Under the pieces are notes generated by a model that saw only the letters and a program-made list of their open reading frames with translations, was not told the origin of the DNA and searched no databases. DNA of 64,000 bases, from the NCBI GenBank assembly GCA_013265495.1, contig MU057711.1, forward strand, positions 186,001-250,000. Reading direction: 5' to 3'. The translations under genes were made by a program, and so were the position numbers. The DNA is from Vicugna vicugna (lineage: Eukaryota). Positions 1 to 13,400 of the stretch are shown here, piece by piece; position 1 is the stretch's first letter, and each line of letters opens with the position of its first letter.

Positions 1-3000
1 CAATCCTGTGACATTAAATAATTTTCCCTCACCATACAGATGAGAAGACCTAGCTCAGAGAGAGCCCAAGTCCAGAAAGTCTTGAAGGATATAGCTGTGA
101 TTGTAGCCAAGGTCTGTCTGTTTTCACAGCCCATGTTCTTTCCACAGCCTCTTAGGTATTATGACAGTCTTTATCCAGGAATTTCTTTACGCTCTGGGGG
201 GTGAGGAGAAGGGGCGGCGGAGAGCAGGGAGACCTCTCTTTTACCTGATTGAACCTTGGGAACCTTATTCAAAACAGAGCGAAAGATGGCTTCTAAAAGA
301 TATGATTGGATTGTATACAAGAAAGTTTGGTCAGTTGTGATTTTATTGCTAGTGGATCTTCACAAAAGTCAGTTCATTGACACAGACTCTCAGGACACTC
401 TTGGAGCAAGTCACCAAAGTCTGAGGCTGTAGCACATAGAAAATGACAATGCTGTCTCACCCTGTTTCACTTGGCCAGTGATCTAAACTTCACTGTATTT
501 TGATGAGAATAAAATTAACTAGCATTTATTGTCTACAAACTCTGTACTGACTTTCAGAAGTATTTCTAGGTTTATTCTGGTTGTGAATATTTTTATTCCT
601 AAGATTAGCTTACTTTGCTGATTCATAGTTTATTGTGATTTTTTTTTGATTAACATTCAAAACTTCCTCTATTCATGGTTACCCTACACAGTGTTATCAA
701 TGAAGTTTATAATTAGCAGTAATAACGTTCATATTAAATGCACTGCTGAGCTCTGCCAAGACAAGAAATACAGATCAGGCTTCATCAAAATGCTGAATAG
801 CTTGAAAGTCTTACGTCTGTAGGACTTGTGTTGAATAACATATGACAGCAAAATGCCTAATACTATGTTTTTATCACTATAATAACAGAAGACATAATAA
901 AATTAAATATTTCTTTTAAAGATTGGGAATGGTGTACAGTGAACTTCTTTTTTCCCCTCCATGTGATTCACTAATACTTAACTAAGATGCTATCAGTTAA
1001 GTCTTAGAAGTTGGAATTTAAGATTTTCCCTTGTAGTATGAGTTAATGAGTCTGAGTTTCTCTTGAGAAATCTTACATGTTCAGATTAGTATTACCCTTA
1101 ATATAGTGACTTACTTACAAGCTATATACATTTATTCTAGTGATCAAATCATTTTTAAGTCATATCCTTTTATGATTTCATTCAGATCCTCTTTTGTGAG
1201 CAATAGAAGAACAGAACAGAATAGATGAAAATGGAATAGAACACGTTGAATTACTGAATGGTCACAGCTTAGGTTATTTATCAGTGAGTCTTATTTTACT
1301 TCCTCTGCTCTGATGAATCATCTTATTCATTGGTGCTGATTCCGAGTATCTGTTGGCATAATATCAAAGGATATTAATTCCATTTGTTCAATAAATATTT
1401 ATTGAGTATTCGCTGTGTGCCAGGCACTGTTGGCACTGGGGTTAAATAGTGAATGAACCAACTGTTGCCGAGAAGTTTTAATAACTGTGCCAAGTTTGAA
1501 TGCATTTTTTTCATAAAGGGAATTCCAGAAACTTTCTAGAAATATTAGAATTGTTGGAATAAAGCTCTGACTTCACAGAAGTCACACACATCCATGGTAT
1601 ATTATGGCAAGGTACTCTACTGGACTTTAAATAAGAAAAGAAAATGAAACAGCTAATTGAGTGATTGGTATTCATCAGGTCAACACATGAAGCATCAACC
1701 AAATTTAATATCCTTAAATAGATTTTATAGGCTGTGCTCCTTCCTTAAAGGTCACTGGAAGAACTTAATACCTTTTTATTAAAAATAAAATGGGAACAGT
1801 GGAATGGCCTTTTCACATCTTATTTGGATAAGTTGAAGAGGCAAATTTTGCCTCATTTTTATGAAGTTGTGTTATTTTATATTTGCCACTTCATATTTTA
1901 CATTTAAAATTTGTTTCTTACTCAACTTGCTGTGCCAAAACATAGACTTAAAAAGTTGAGGGTTCAGATGAATTGTGATAATAAATTGGAATTAAGTAAG
2001 TAAAGGTATACTTGTGTGTATGTACACACACATATATGTACATATAATTTTGGAGTAGCAGCTTATTTAAAGCAGAAAATGAAAGCAAGGATTAAGGGCT
2101 CTTAACTCTTCCTGGCTAAGCATTTTTATGAGGTTTCATGGTATAGGGGAAAGAGCATACCTATAGTTGTGTTTAGAGAACTCTGCTCAAATTCAGACTG
2201 TCATTTAATAACTTCTTTGTGCCTCAACTTAATGTCAACCTCTTAACTCTGTCAGGATGATGAAATGAGACAATGTATATAAAGTACCTTAACAGTGCAA
2301 AATGATGTGCTTGTAAAATTTCCCTTTCTCATTTAAAAAAATTAATACAAGTGGTAAATGAATACATTCTTGTATACTATTTAGACATTTGGAAATATAC
2401 AGAGTAGAAATCACTGTCTTCTCCTTAGTAGCAATTATTTTTAACAGTTGGGTGTATATACTTCAGGTTTTTAAAAATATTTAGTTATCTATATGTGCAT
2501 ATACATTTATAAACGTCACACATGTATAGGTATTCTTGCTTAGTTTTGCATGCACCGTTTTACTATGCATCTTGTTCTATGACATTACTTTTTCATGCTA
2601 TATTTTCTTGATCTTTCATGATGCTTCAAATAGATCTACCTCTTTCCTTTAACTGTTTCAAGGTACTTTATTGAATGGAGGTGTCATAATGTATTTAGTC
2701 CTGTACTGGGAGCACATTTATTCCTTAATGTTTTACATTTCTGTGCATAATGAAACTGCATGGTTTAAGTTTTGTTTCTTTGTTTTGCAAGGAGATGTTG
2801 GTGATCTTGAAGATGTTCAGAGTGCTGAGTCATGTATAGAGTATTCATGTCTTTTAATTATAAAAGTTTTAACAGGTATCCATTCCAAAATTGGTAAGAT
2901 AGGTTTTTCAACTTGTCTAATTGTGAAAGTCTGAAGAGGTGGGAATTGATCATAAAATTCAGTTGGATAGGGTAGCCTGTGAGAAGAAAGTTATAAACTG

Positions 3001-4639
3001 GTCTTCAAAAGTCTACTGACGCTTTTTGTTTCAGGAAAACAAACTTTTCAGGAAAACTGTTTTTGTCAGCTTCTGTCCATGTTTTCCCTGCTTCTTATCA
3101 AACTTTCACTGTCATTTACTATGTGCTAGATATGGTCCCTGTTATTGATCAGCTTCCAGTGTAGTGTAACACATTAATCAGATTGTGAAAATAATATGTA
3201 TTGTGATAAGGAAGAACTGTCTTTACTCTGCCTGTGGGAATTCAAGAAGGCCTCCCCCTAATCAGGTGGGTCGCCCAGTTCAATTCAATAAATATTTGAA
3301 TCAAGACCCTCCCAGTATCAGCATTAGGGATAGAGAGTTGAGAATGTATTAGAATAACTTGTCCCTTCTATAGTAAATCCTTCTAGTTTTTATCAGTGGA
3401 GGAGTTAAAAGGAAATTTTCAGATGAAGAAATTATGATCCAAAGTTAATGATTTAACTTAAATTTCAAAGTCACTTGCAAATATATTATATATAGATGAC
3501 AAGCATATAGATTATTGTACTCTGGGAAACCTTGCTATCTTAACAGCTCAAAAATTAATGTTTTAATAATTTACTGGTAAACCACAGATGTGGTTTGCAT
3601 ATATTTTGTACATTTGTATACAAGGTTGTCTCTTTGCTCTTCCATGCCTACCTGGTCTGTACCTTCCTGCCCTCCTCACCTTCTCTGCATGCATGTAAGT
3701 ACAAGAACTATCTAGACCTCATGAAATTATGGGGCTGTTCTGTTTGACCCTCTACAATACAAGGTGTTCAGATTCTTAGTTCTTGGTTATCCTGTTGGAG
3801 AACATGTTAGCTCAGAGATTTTGGCTATCCACTGCTTCTTTGTACATACTTTCTTACTAGTTTATCAGCCTCTGCAATTCAGAGTCTTCAAAAACTATAC
3901 TTCTTAGGCTTTCAGAGACTTTTCCTCACTGAAAAAACCCCACAGCTCTTAACACCCTGTATCTATAAAATTAGCTGCTCACCATTAGCTAAGGCAAGAG
4001 AAGGTTCTAAAATTGCATCATTAGAACTCGTGAACTTCAACTTGCTGCATTCCCAAAGTTAGAGAATCATGATAAAAACACAGATGGGAGATACTGATTG
4101 ATTCTTTCCTTGGGCTAAGATTCAAATTTCACACATTTCCTGTCTTTTTCTGCTAGAACCCAAGGCTTATAGAAAAATGAAAGCATGCAGTTTACTTTAT
4201 GTTTTAACTTTATGTCAATATACAGTATTGAGTGCTACATAAAATACTTAAAAAATCAATGTATGGTTTAATGTATGGTTTAAGAAAATCAATATATATT
4301 GCTCTAAGCAATGGAGATTTTTAGAGATATTAATGTAGCTACACATAAGCCATTAGTAAATACCATCTTCCACAATGGATTTGAAATCTTACATATAATT
4401 ACGCCAAATGCTACATGATTAGATACTACAGTTTTTATATAGCTGTTGAAAATTAAGTTGTATTATTTCAAGGGGAAATGGTCTATTTGAATCCCATAAT
4501 TTAAGATATTCTCTGCTTATAATTTAGGACAAATGAATCTTTCTATTGAATATTTTGTAACCTAAAAAAAAATTAAACCAATTTGATCTTTTTAAAAAAT
4601 ATGGAATTTGTTAGTTACTTTAAGAACAGTTTAGAAACA

Positions 4640-5216
4640 AATTCCCAATGGATAAAATAGCTAAATAGGATTTTTTTTTTACATTATAAAAACTTGTCAG
4701 AAAATTGAGGTGACTATATGTGTAACCTAGGGGTTATCAAAAACTTTTTTAAACAAAAAGGAAAACTAGAACCAAATGGAGAAAGAGACAGATTTGACTA
4801 TTAATTTTTTAAAATATTTTTCACACTGGTATATTGAAAGCTCAGGGGAAAATATCTGAAATGGAAATGTGAAGTAGTAAACAAAATATACAGCGAGCTC
4901 TTAGGAATTGATGACAAAAACACTAACAAAGCAAATATCAAATGGTAATAAGATACAGACATTTCCCAGAAGAGCAAATCCAAATGGCCAGTTTATAAAG
5001 ATTCTCGAATTCACTAGTAGTATGGGAAGTGAAAATTAATTAAAAGAGAGATACTACTTTACTCCTATCAGATTGGGAAACTTTTAAAAGAGTGGAATAC
5101 TTATATTTCTGATACAAATGTGAATTATTTTAGCCTTTTTAAAAAATGCAGTTTGCCATTTATTGTAAAAAGTGAATTTATCGTTTAATTCAATATTACT
5201 TCTGGGAATTTAGACC
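4640..5216 (+). mobile_element. Ancient L1ME-type ORF2 3' fragment, resuming at about 5620-5900 after the nested MITEs
   Basis: ccaaatggccag...tcactagtagtatgggaagtgaaaatt...ctcctatcagattgg. Boundaries approximate. Confidence 0.55.
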
Positions 5217-5310
5217 AGAGATGGGAAAACTTTTTCTATAAAGGGTCAGATAGTAAGTATTTTAGACTTTGCAGGCTGTGTGGGTTTTGTCACAGGTACT
5301 CAATTCTGTG
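5217..5310. mobile_element. MER58A-like hAT MITE fragment
   Basis: aaactttttctataaagggtcagatagtaagtattttagactttgcaggc. Confidence 0.75.
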
Positions 5311-5339
5311 TGACATCACTGAATGCAGAGTTGGGAAAA

Positions 5340-5618
5340 GATTTTTTAAGACATGTGTTATATGTAACAAGCTGTTACATAATATTTCCACTGTATAGAT
5401 ATAAATAAACTCAAGAGCATATATAATAGTAAAATGTAGTAAAATAATTAGAAAGTGATGAGTTTTGAATATTTTTACCTTTGTTTTTAATAATTAGTTG
5501 CAAGTTTATACAATTTAATTTTCAGTTATGAGTGTGTTTCATAACCAGTCCCAGAATTTCTGAAAATTTAACAGTTGACTCTCTCCAGCCAGTTCTAGCT
5601 GGTTCTGGCGTACTACTG
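5340..5618 (-). mobile_element. MER63-like (hAT-Blackjack) fragment
   Basis: aaaatgtagtaaaataattagaaagtgatgagttttgaata...ctgaaaatttaaca...agctggttctggcgtactactgg. Confidence 0.7.
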
Positions 5619-8600
5619 GCTATATCTACATATAAGGATGTTTTGCAGTATTGTTGATGACGGCAAAAATAGGAAACAAATTGTATACCCACTGATAGAG
5701 GGTAGTGGAATATATAGCATCCATTAGGCAGAGCCCTTGCCTTGAGTGATTTCCCTGTCCGTTGTTAAATGCGAGGAGCAAGATGTAAGGATGGCTCTGT
5801 GTCATGATCCCATTTTTATAACACAAGCAAGGACAGACTCTTCCCTCATTTGTGTGTATATGTTTGATTACATGAACATGGGAAAAAGTATGGTTATGAG
5901 GACAGAATAGGGCAAGATGTGAGGTAAGGGGAAAAAGGACTTCTGTCCATGAGAAAAATAGCATGTAGGTTATGATTCTATGTGTGGCAAATTATATATA
6001 TATATAATTGATACCTTTTTTAGGGTGATAAAATGGTATTTGTTTTATCCGAAAAAAAGTTATTTTAAGTGAAGGAGAAAATCAGAATCCTATAGGACTT
6101 TCTAAGAATTTAGACTTATAATAAAATTCTCTTTCCTGTGAAAGGGCATATGTGGACAGTGTTTCAATAAAATTTAACCGTTAGTGATATACTTGCTTCA
6201 TTTAAACCTTTTTATGTATATCACTTTAAAAAAAACTCAATGTGTAGTATCTTGTTTCCTAAGTCATGTGTATAAGTTTTAAGAACTATATTAAGTATGT
6301 GTGTATAAATGTTTATGGTGTCACATCCTCCTGGATTCCAGTTATCTTCATATTTAGATGGCAGTTCATTATTTTAAAGTGCTGTTATTTTCACAGCTTG
6401 CAATATAGTAGTTCTCTGTTCTCTGAGCCCCACAAGGGATAGAATTTTCCTGTCCTTTGTCTTTTAAGGAACTCACCACTCTACATTGTTATTCAAATAT
6501 ACATGTATATATAATATATACATGTGTATTATATATACATATAATTTAAGTATGTTATTCAAATATATGTTATTCAAATATATCTATATATCTATCTTAT
6601 TACCTTATCTTACCATTCTTCCTAATCTGTAAGCCTTGGTAGCCTGCTAGATGTATGATCCAGAGTCTTATGTATCCACTGTATATATTAACTGAATGAA
6701 TAAAGAATGATATTTATCTTAGTCTACCAGCACACATGGAAAAATGATAAAGCTACTTCAGGAATCATTAGAGTCTTGATTAATAATATTTTTATGTATT
6801 AAAGAGCTTTCAATCATATTATGGTAGGTACTGTGCACAAATAATAGACTATTGATATTGTTTTGGTTTTCTGATTAGTTTTCTACCTTGAATTTCCTAT
6901 TGGATCATCTTTTTCAGCAATTATTATTTAAACTACCATTGCTGTTTTGTGATTTCTTAAAAGCCTCCTCATTCCAGAAACCTTCTGGGTGTTTTATAGT
7001 GCAAAATTCAGATAGTTTATACCTTTGTGCAGTTTCTAATTCTTTCTTAATATTATTTTTTTGTCTCATATAAATGACTTAGGAAACTCGTTCTTTAATC
7101 TCCTTGTTAGTAAATACCTGTTTCTTCCTTTTTGATAAAGCTGTAGTATTTCTCTTCAAGCAACAACTTCTGCTTCATCTTCTCTTGTATTGTTCTTTGT
7201 CACTATATCTCTTTGACAATAATATGTTCTGAAATGAAAATGTAGATTGTATTTTTCTGACACAAAGGGAATTGACAGGTAAAAAATTAGGTTGATATGT
7301 TTAAACTCATTTTACAAACTTGATAACTGATAAGTTTCATTTTGCTTTGTGGTGTTTGAATATAGGCATAATTCAAATGGGAAAACATAAAGGAAAAATT
7401 ATATTTTAAAAATTCATTTCATTTTGAACTTTAAACGTGTGCTAGAGTTTTCTGTTATTTTGCATCCTTTTCGTTGTCTGGCAATTCGTGCTCCATTGTT
7501 GATTGCTTTTCCACGTTTTTATTTGTATTGATGCTTTTCAGTTCCCTATTTTTTGTTTAAAATTTACCATTGATTACTTGTCCTTTGACTTCAGATTTGT
7601 GGTACTGTTCACCATAAATTGTATGGAACATTCTTATTTTATTTTAAGCTGTTACTGCAGAAGCAGTATAATGGCAATCACTAAAATTTTAACGTTTATT
7701 TGACCAAGTTCTTTATTCACCATGGGTTTTCTTATAGATTCTCAATTAGGTGATTTTACTTTTAAACTTTTCTGCTATGCTTTGAACATTTTGTCTTTTA
7801 GCTCTTAGTGAATGGGTATTTATTTTCTTGAAAAGTCTGGTTTTCCTTTTGTTCATTTTTTGTTGCTTCTCAGAAACTCCATAGATGATGTTTTTGAGAA
7901 ACATTAGATGGTAGAATCACTTTAGTCTTTTTTGGGAGGTGAGGGGCATCTTATATGTGATAGCACTTTTAAAACCAAGTATTTTTTTCACTCTAAAAAC
8001 CATGATACAATGTCATTAAAATAATCTTTCAAAATAAATTCACCGACCATTATAATGCAGATGGATTTCAGTTTTGCATAGTCTATTTCAATCTTCATAC
8101 ATATCCACATGTGTTATTTTACCTAATTGTAATGAAAGTATATATGCAACTTTTGGTTGATTTTATTTTTCTTATATAAAGCAAAATATTAGCTTTAGGA
8201 ATAGTGCTCTAAATAAAAAGAGAAATGTTATTCATCCACAATCATTTCACCCCAGGCAAAGGCATCCCCTTTAATCTCTGATATATATGTATGCACAATT
8301 TAAAACATGATGATTTGTACCTGATTTTATTTTATTAATTATGGATGAATTTCACTGAAAGCATGTGAGCTTAGCACCTGACACGCAAGCAGTGTTAATT
8401 CCTTCTCAACTGCCAGGCTGCCCATATCCTTAAATCTACCCAGAGCAAATTGAATGCAGGGAGACAGAGGGCATGTCTGGCCCTTACCTCCTCTGCAGGA
8501 GGCCCAGTGCCTCCCCGTCTATGTTGATAGGTTTCCTCCATTCTTCACTATGGGGCCATTCTGGTTGGTGTCATTGTGAAGACTTTTTTAAGAAAAATCT

Positions 8601-9754
8601 CTTCACTAAGAGCAGGTCATTTTGTATTCTCTGTTTTCAATCCGCAAATTCTCTCTTTCCAAAAGAAGATAATGAGAGTATTGACTTAATGTATAGATCC
8701 TTACCTCACTTCCTTTATAGCGTTTACTGTCTGCCTAAACACAAAGGGGTTCCCAATACCTTGACTTTAGCATACTGGACATAGCAATTTTCTGAGCATA
8801 AATGCTTTAATTTTCTTTGAAAACAGATTCTTAATACATGCCAAAATGAACCCCAGCTCCCCAGGTAAATTATAGACTCACTCTTGTGCTATGTTTTTAG
8901 ACTATGTGACGTGCATTACCTGAGTCCTAGGGTGGATTAATTGTGACCTTGAGATGTTTATGATTTCTGAGTGCTTTTAAGAAGAAAAAGACAGTACTTA
9001 GTCTGATGGCTGAAGGGTCAGGTGTCTTTCTTTCAGCCAGCAGTTGAGAAAGTACACTAGTCAAGTGAACAATGTCCTGTATCCATTTTGTTGTAAATTA
9101 TCATGATTAATGTGTATTCTGTAGCTTTTGAGCAGTGTTCTCTGCTGACACCTTGGTGTAGTTTCCTATGGCTGAGAAGTGGAAATGGTTTCTGCTTATA
9201 GTCTCAATAATAAGGCAGGTATTATGTACCTAGGAGAAAGTGGAGGTTTCAGAGTTTCAGTATGAAAACTATGTGAATATTCATGGAATGGATGACTTTG
9301 GAAGATGAAGTGGTATCTTTTTCCCTGAGATTTTGGGGGTATGATTGTTTGACAGAAAACTGCCTGATAAAGCATGAGCGTAAGGAATAAGGTTTGGATT
9401 TCAGGGCATGTAAGTAGATACATTCAAGTGGAACTGAAATCACTGAGCTAGTACCACAGGAGTATTGGTGATATTTGAGTTGTTGGGACAAGTATTTACA
9501 TGAGTTAGTTGGATTGACTGCTGAGGGTGAGGGTGGAGGTATCTTATAACATTTAGAAGTGCTCTATACTTGCTTCAGGGGTGCTTTCTTCTCTCTCCTT
9601 TCCCCACCCAAAATTTGACCAGTAGTGAAATATGACAGTTCACAACAAAAATGAAAATGAGATTGCTAAATACTGCTTCTTCATTGGTTCAGAAGTTTCT
9701 TTGTTTATCTGGGTGAAAATGACTGAATTTGATGGGTTTTCATTTTTCTTTCAG

Positions 9755-9844
9755 GGTCCATTTATGAACCTCTTAAAAGCATTAATCTTCTGAGACCTGA
9801 TAATGAAACTCTGTGGGATAAATTGGATCATTATTACAGAATTG
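9755..9844 (+). CDS. PHKB: PHKB coding exon (about exon 2): (G)[29 protein letters not shown](V)
   Basis: Acceptor tttctttcag|, donor G|gtaagc, 90 nt, phase 1-1. Contains the Ser of the RSGS PKA site. Confidence 0.96.
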
Positions 9845-10979
9845 GTAAGCAAAACCTGAGGAAATCATGTCCTTAGGTAGCTATGATTTGTATTTATTCT
9901 GCCTTAGTTATATAGCATACGTTATTGGATGATGGTCTCTTATTTGGATATTGGCGTAGTTCAGTACTTTGATGGTTATCTAAGCTTAGATTCCAATTGC
10001 ATGTTGATACCAGGACTATAAAAGGAATCCAGCAAGTCATGTCTGTCCTTTGAGTAATTTTAAAACTGTCACCAGTGTGCTCTGTGTCCTTTTAACTTTC
10101 TTAAACATGACCAGATTTGAGAACTAGAGGCTGTTTCTTGAATAATTCTTACACAAAGATTTTGTAGAAGTATTTCTTGCTCATTTACCAATAAATGGTT
10201 CCTGGGTAGTCCTGAACCTTTTATATCCATTTCTAATTCACTGAGATACAACAAGTATCTCAGGTTACTGTTATTAAGGTCAGGTCACTGTTTTTTTGTT
10301 GCTGTTTTGTTTTTACCAGGATCAACCTGGCAAATTTTGTTATTTAATGTGAGTAAGGAACTTTGAGATTCGTATGTAGGGAGCTCCTCTTTGTTCATCA
10401 GACCATCAGTTGGATGCCTATTAATTTTTTGTCAGTTTACTTCCTATGCCATTTACATGGCCTAGTATTTCAGATATAAAATTTGATTTATTTGTCTCCC
10501 TTAGGAGGATGATTTTTTTTGTTTGTGTCAACCTCATGTAAAGTGTTAATTCAACTTATTTTGGTTAAGATTTTGATATACATTCTTAGCTTGGCCATTT
10601 ATTATTTTTGTAACCATAACTTGCTAAAGAGATTTAACTACCTTTTTAAAGAAATGTCAGTTGTTTATTTTGCACTATGAGGACCAGTTCTTTACTCTGG
10701 GAAAAATAATAAATACCCTGGTATTCTGAAAGAAATGATAACGTCAGTTTAGTTTGAGAAAAAGAAAAATAAATTTAATTCTTTAATCTCTGTGAAGGAC
10801 CAGAATACTTTGAAAAACTATCCTAAAAGTATCAATATATGCCAGTCTAGATTAGAGTAATTTAATGTATTTTGAGGAAAAACATTACTCATCCATTTAT
10901 ATCCGTAAAATAGCTTTTAGGAAATGTAATTTTAGTGTGTTTATTTTTCTATTTTAGGACTCCTTTGTAAAAAGTGATA

Positions 10980-11119
10980 TAGTCTGCGGATGTGGAACCT
11001 GCAGATAAGAGGTTCTACTGTACTAGCTATCTTACGTGAGGGTCTTGAGTGTCCAAGGATTTTGGTATGCATGGTGGGTTCTGGAAGCAATCCCCTGTGT
11101 GTACTGAGGGACGACTGTA
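10980..11119. mobile_element. Tigger/MER2-like DNA transposon end
   Basis: gcggatgtggaacctgcagata...ggattttggtat...tactgagggacgactg followed by TA. Confidence 0.75.
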
Positions 11120-11751
11120 GAATATCAATTTCATACTCCTTTTATTTAAGTAAAATGCTCATGAAATAATTATTTGCTTGCTGTTTTCATGTCATACGAG
11201 GATGAAATTCAGTTTTGCAATGTTAAACATATCACTAACCTGCCCAATATAATATGTAAAAGGAATACATTGCTCTGAAGCCAGGCACAAATTAGTCATC
11301 AGTGAAAAACAGGATTTTGGTCTGTTTAGCAGTTGTTTTGGCTTTGAATTTAGCAAATCTATGCAACTCTTTGTTATACATTTGCTTTATTTTTCCCTTT
11401 GAACTGATTTTTTGAAAATATGCTTAGTTTTTTGGTTAATCTTTTTTTTTGCACCTGATGTTACCTTATAACACTTACTGATGTCAACCAAGATGTGCTA
11501 AAGGCTTTTTATGTGCTAATTAGTTGAGTCCTTTCCTCAAAAGTAGAAAGACCCCTTTATGCAGGGTGGGTCCCTACCTAAGCTGAACTTACATAGAGTT
11601 GTTTCTAAATCTTCAGAAGTTTTATACTTCAGTTAAGTTGAGAAACAACAAAATTGTCGGAAACAGGAGGAGGAAACCAAAGATTAAGACCTTCAATTTA
11701 AGGAAAATGGCTGGCTGTACAGTTCACTCTTCTTCTTGTCTTTGATTGCAG

Positions 11752-11890
11752 TTAAGTCAACATTGCTACTGTATCAAAGTCCCACCACGGGTCTCTTTCC
11801 TACTAAAACATGCGGTGATGATCAGAAGGCCAAGGTCCATGACAGTCTGTACTGTGCTGCTGGGGCCTGGGCTTTGGCTCTTGCATACAG
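11752..11890 (+). CDS. PHKB: PHKB coding exon (about exon 3): (V)[45 protein letters not shown](R)
   Basis: Acceptor tttgattgcag|, donor AG|gtaagc, 139 nt, phase 1-2. Confidence 0.97.
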
Positions 11891-12809
11891 GTAAGCTTGT
11901 ATGTCCTCTACTGGTAACTCTGAGTCTAAGTAATGGGGTTTTTTTAGGTCCAAGACAAGTTCAGTAGCTTTGTTTTGGCTCTGCTGCCAACTTTGTGACC
12001 TGTGACTGCTCATGTCTCCTTTGAGGCCTCTCCTTTGAGGTTTTTAGCTTTCCAAAAGGTTTACATGAGACTAATTCTAACATTTTATGACTTTGTGACC
12101 AAAAGTTTTCATCTCTAGGTTTATAAATCAACATTAGTCTTTGATAGAATGAATTGTCCATTCTCACTGAGTTGGTTAGTTTCAATTATAGAAGAAATTG
12201 ACAGTGATTGAATTTTGCAGATGATAAAACTGGGGCCCAGAGGTGGTTAACAGATTGTTCAAAATTACACAACTAATTAATAATAGAGTCAGGGCTAGGA
12301 CTCTCCCACCCCCCAGTTTAGGGTTTTTCCCACTGAACTTCATTGGAGTATAGCTTATTCAATCTAAATCTTAAGTCAAATAATTCCTTCATAAAGTAAA
12401 AAAAAATTTTTTTCATACTACAAAAGTTCTCCTTACTTCATTCATTTTATTATATATAGAAAGCATTCACTCTGGGTCCTGACACATACTCAATAGTCAT
12501 TCATTTTAACCATTATTAAGATTAGGTTTCTGAATATTAATTTTCTCAAGGTGACACATGCATGTACTTCTGATTTGAAAATTCTCTTTCACGTGAACAT
12601 GATTCCTCTGTCTTAAATCATTGATGAGCTGCATTTGTAAAAGAAAATCGAATAGTGAGATAATATACAGGTAGTCACCTTCAGCCCTTCTTTGCTAATG
12701 TCACTACCAGTATTTTTTAACATAATCTGTGTAAGCACAGTGTAGCTTCATTAAATATCAAACAACTACTAGTCTTAGAAGTACAGGGAGCACCAGTAGC
12801 ACTTTAACC

Positions 12810-13400
12810 GCATGGCCAAGCCAGCAATGGGACAGACTTACAGATGTGACACATCACTTAATGTCGACTTCTTGCCAAAAATGTGTAAATTGATCTACCT
12901 GTGAATAAACAATCAGACTAGGCCAGATTGTGGCTACTTATAAGACAACTTGCCTGGGCTCTTAAAAAGTATAGTAATTGTAGAAGATTAGAAAATAGAT
13001 GTGAAGATAGCTAGATTAAGAAAGACCAAAGAAATACGACAACCAGGTGGATTGCGTGTTCTTGATTGGATCATGCATTTAAAGAACACAGTGAGGTATA
13101 TTTTGAGATAATTAGATAAATTTGATATAGACTATATTTTAAACAGTATGGTATCAATTTCTTGGGTGTGATGATGATATTATGGTTATGTAGGAGAATA
13201 TCCTTGTTTTTAGGAGATACTTCTGAATTGTGTAGGAGTAGTGATTATTATTAGATTACTTTCAAATAATGAAGAAAATAAATTATAGAATGTAAGCCAA
13301 TTTTAGCAACTGGTGAATAGTGAAAGGTTTATTCATTGTAGCATCCTTTCAGGTTTTCTATAGATTTGAAATTTTTCTAAATAAAATGTTAGAGGAAAAT
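12810..13400 (+). mobile_element. Ancient L1MC-type 3' end
   Basis: tatggttatgtaggagaatatccttgtttttaggagatac...ttttctatagatttgaaatttttctaaataaaa. Confidence 0.65.

Noticed and set aside
2671..2934. ORF or cryptic exon ending at TTG|gtaaga (2893)
   Set aside because: Weak acceptor, no recognisable peptide, and it lies in degenerate repeat-like sequence.
6487..6600. AT-rich palindromic and tandem stretch (tgttattcaaatata x3) as a miRNA or structured RNA
   Set aside because: Low-complexity (TA)n-derived sequence that is self-complementary for trivial reasons. The same applies to about 14220-14350.
1..9754. PHKB first exon, promoter or the alternative N-terminal (MACSPDAVV-type) exon
   Set aside because: I found no CpG island and no matching peptide. 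These presumably lie upstream of the window.
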